Sequence record: OY757064.1
Strand: one strand, 5' to 3'
Length of the DNA: 53,157 bases
DNA from: Klebsiella phage vB_Kpn_K62PH164C2
The notes beneath the pieces were generated by a model that saw only the letters and a program-made list of their open reading frames with translations, was not told where the DNA came from and ran no database searches. This document shows positions 52,859-53,157 of the stretch, piece after piece (within the stretch, counting starts at the first letter, position 1; each line of letters opens with the position of its first letter). A program made the translations under genes and the position numbers.

Positions 52859-53157
52859 CAGCATTACTTTTTGTTTTATTCTTCCTGGTATCATTCCTTA
52901 TCGGCTCGGCGGCAACCTTCTTTGTTGTTGCGCTGGTTATCCGCGAAGATGTTAAAAATGGTGAGGGCGTATTCGTCACCTATCGCGAAAAAGATGATCG
53001 TTGGCTGGTATTTGGTGATGTAGATGAAACAATCAACAAAATGCGAAATCACTTCCGCGAGCCTGAAGTTTTCAACAAGGCGCGTCTTGATAAGCTGGAG
53101 GCCGAAAGCAAGGCCAAGCGAAAGGCAGCTAAAGCGCGCCGATGGTATCGCAAGTAA
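52855..53157 (+). CDS. predicted membrane protein
   Basis: 'MTALLFVLFFLVSFLIGSAATFFVVALVI' TM segment; ATGA overlap. Confidence 0.65.
   Translation: MTALLFVLFFLVSFLIGSAATFFVVALVIREDVKNGEGVFVTYREKDDRWLVFGDVDETINKMRNHFREPEVFNKARLDKLEAESKAKRKAAKARRWYRK

Noticed and set aside
1-53157. tRNA genes
   Set aside because: I saw no convincing cloverleaf/TTCRANY pattern by eye; tRNAscan-SE would be needed to exclude them.

Overview
The window reads as an essentially complete tailed-phage genome. It opens exactly on an ATG, closes exactly on a stop codon, and is densely packed with phage genes; no integrase or tRNA was found. Left half, rightward: terminase, portal and capsid (DUF2213/DUF2190/DUF2184-like), lambda-like siphovirus tail genes with a probable A_AAA_AAC -1 frameshift in the tail-assembly chaperones, a very long (~2209 aa) J-like protein, and an S74-type tail fiber. 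Middle: SSB, ERF-type annealase, PD-(D/E)XK exonuclease, primase-like protein, HTH protein, helicase, VRR-NUC, Dam-like methylase, nucleotide enzymes, and a lysis cassette ending in a one-gene spanin. Right end: many small unknown genes. Main discovery candidate: a dispersed promoter module. A 15-bp palindrome (consensus TAGCAC-NNN-TTGCTA) lies 21-23 bp (mostly exactly 22 bp) upstream of a -10 hexamer with no clear -35, i.e. centred near -42 like a class II activator site. I found 18 such sites on both strands. The first TAG of the palindrome is often the stop codon of the preceding gene, and the -10 is often inside or beside an inverted repeat whose arms covary. This looks like a phage-encoded regulon. 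Other observations: a diverged inverted duplication of iteron-rich, origin-like DNA (28.4-28.8 and 44.3-44.7 kb), a perfect 2 x 127 bp frameshifting tandem duplication in the VRR-NUC gene, a small gene interrupted by an in-frame amber codon, a family of small 'MK(I/L)KC' proteins, and about 25 helical repeats in the J-like protein. All homology calls are from sequence pattern recognition; no searches were run.
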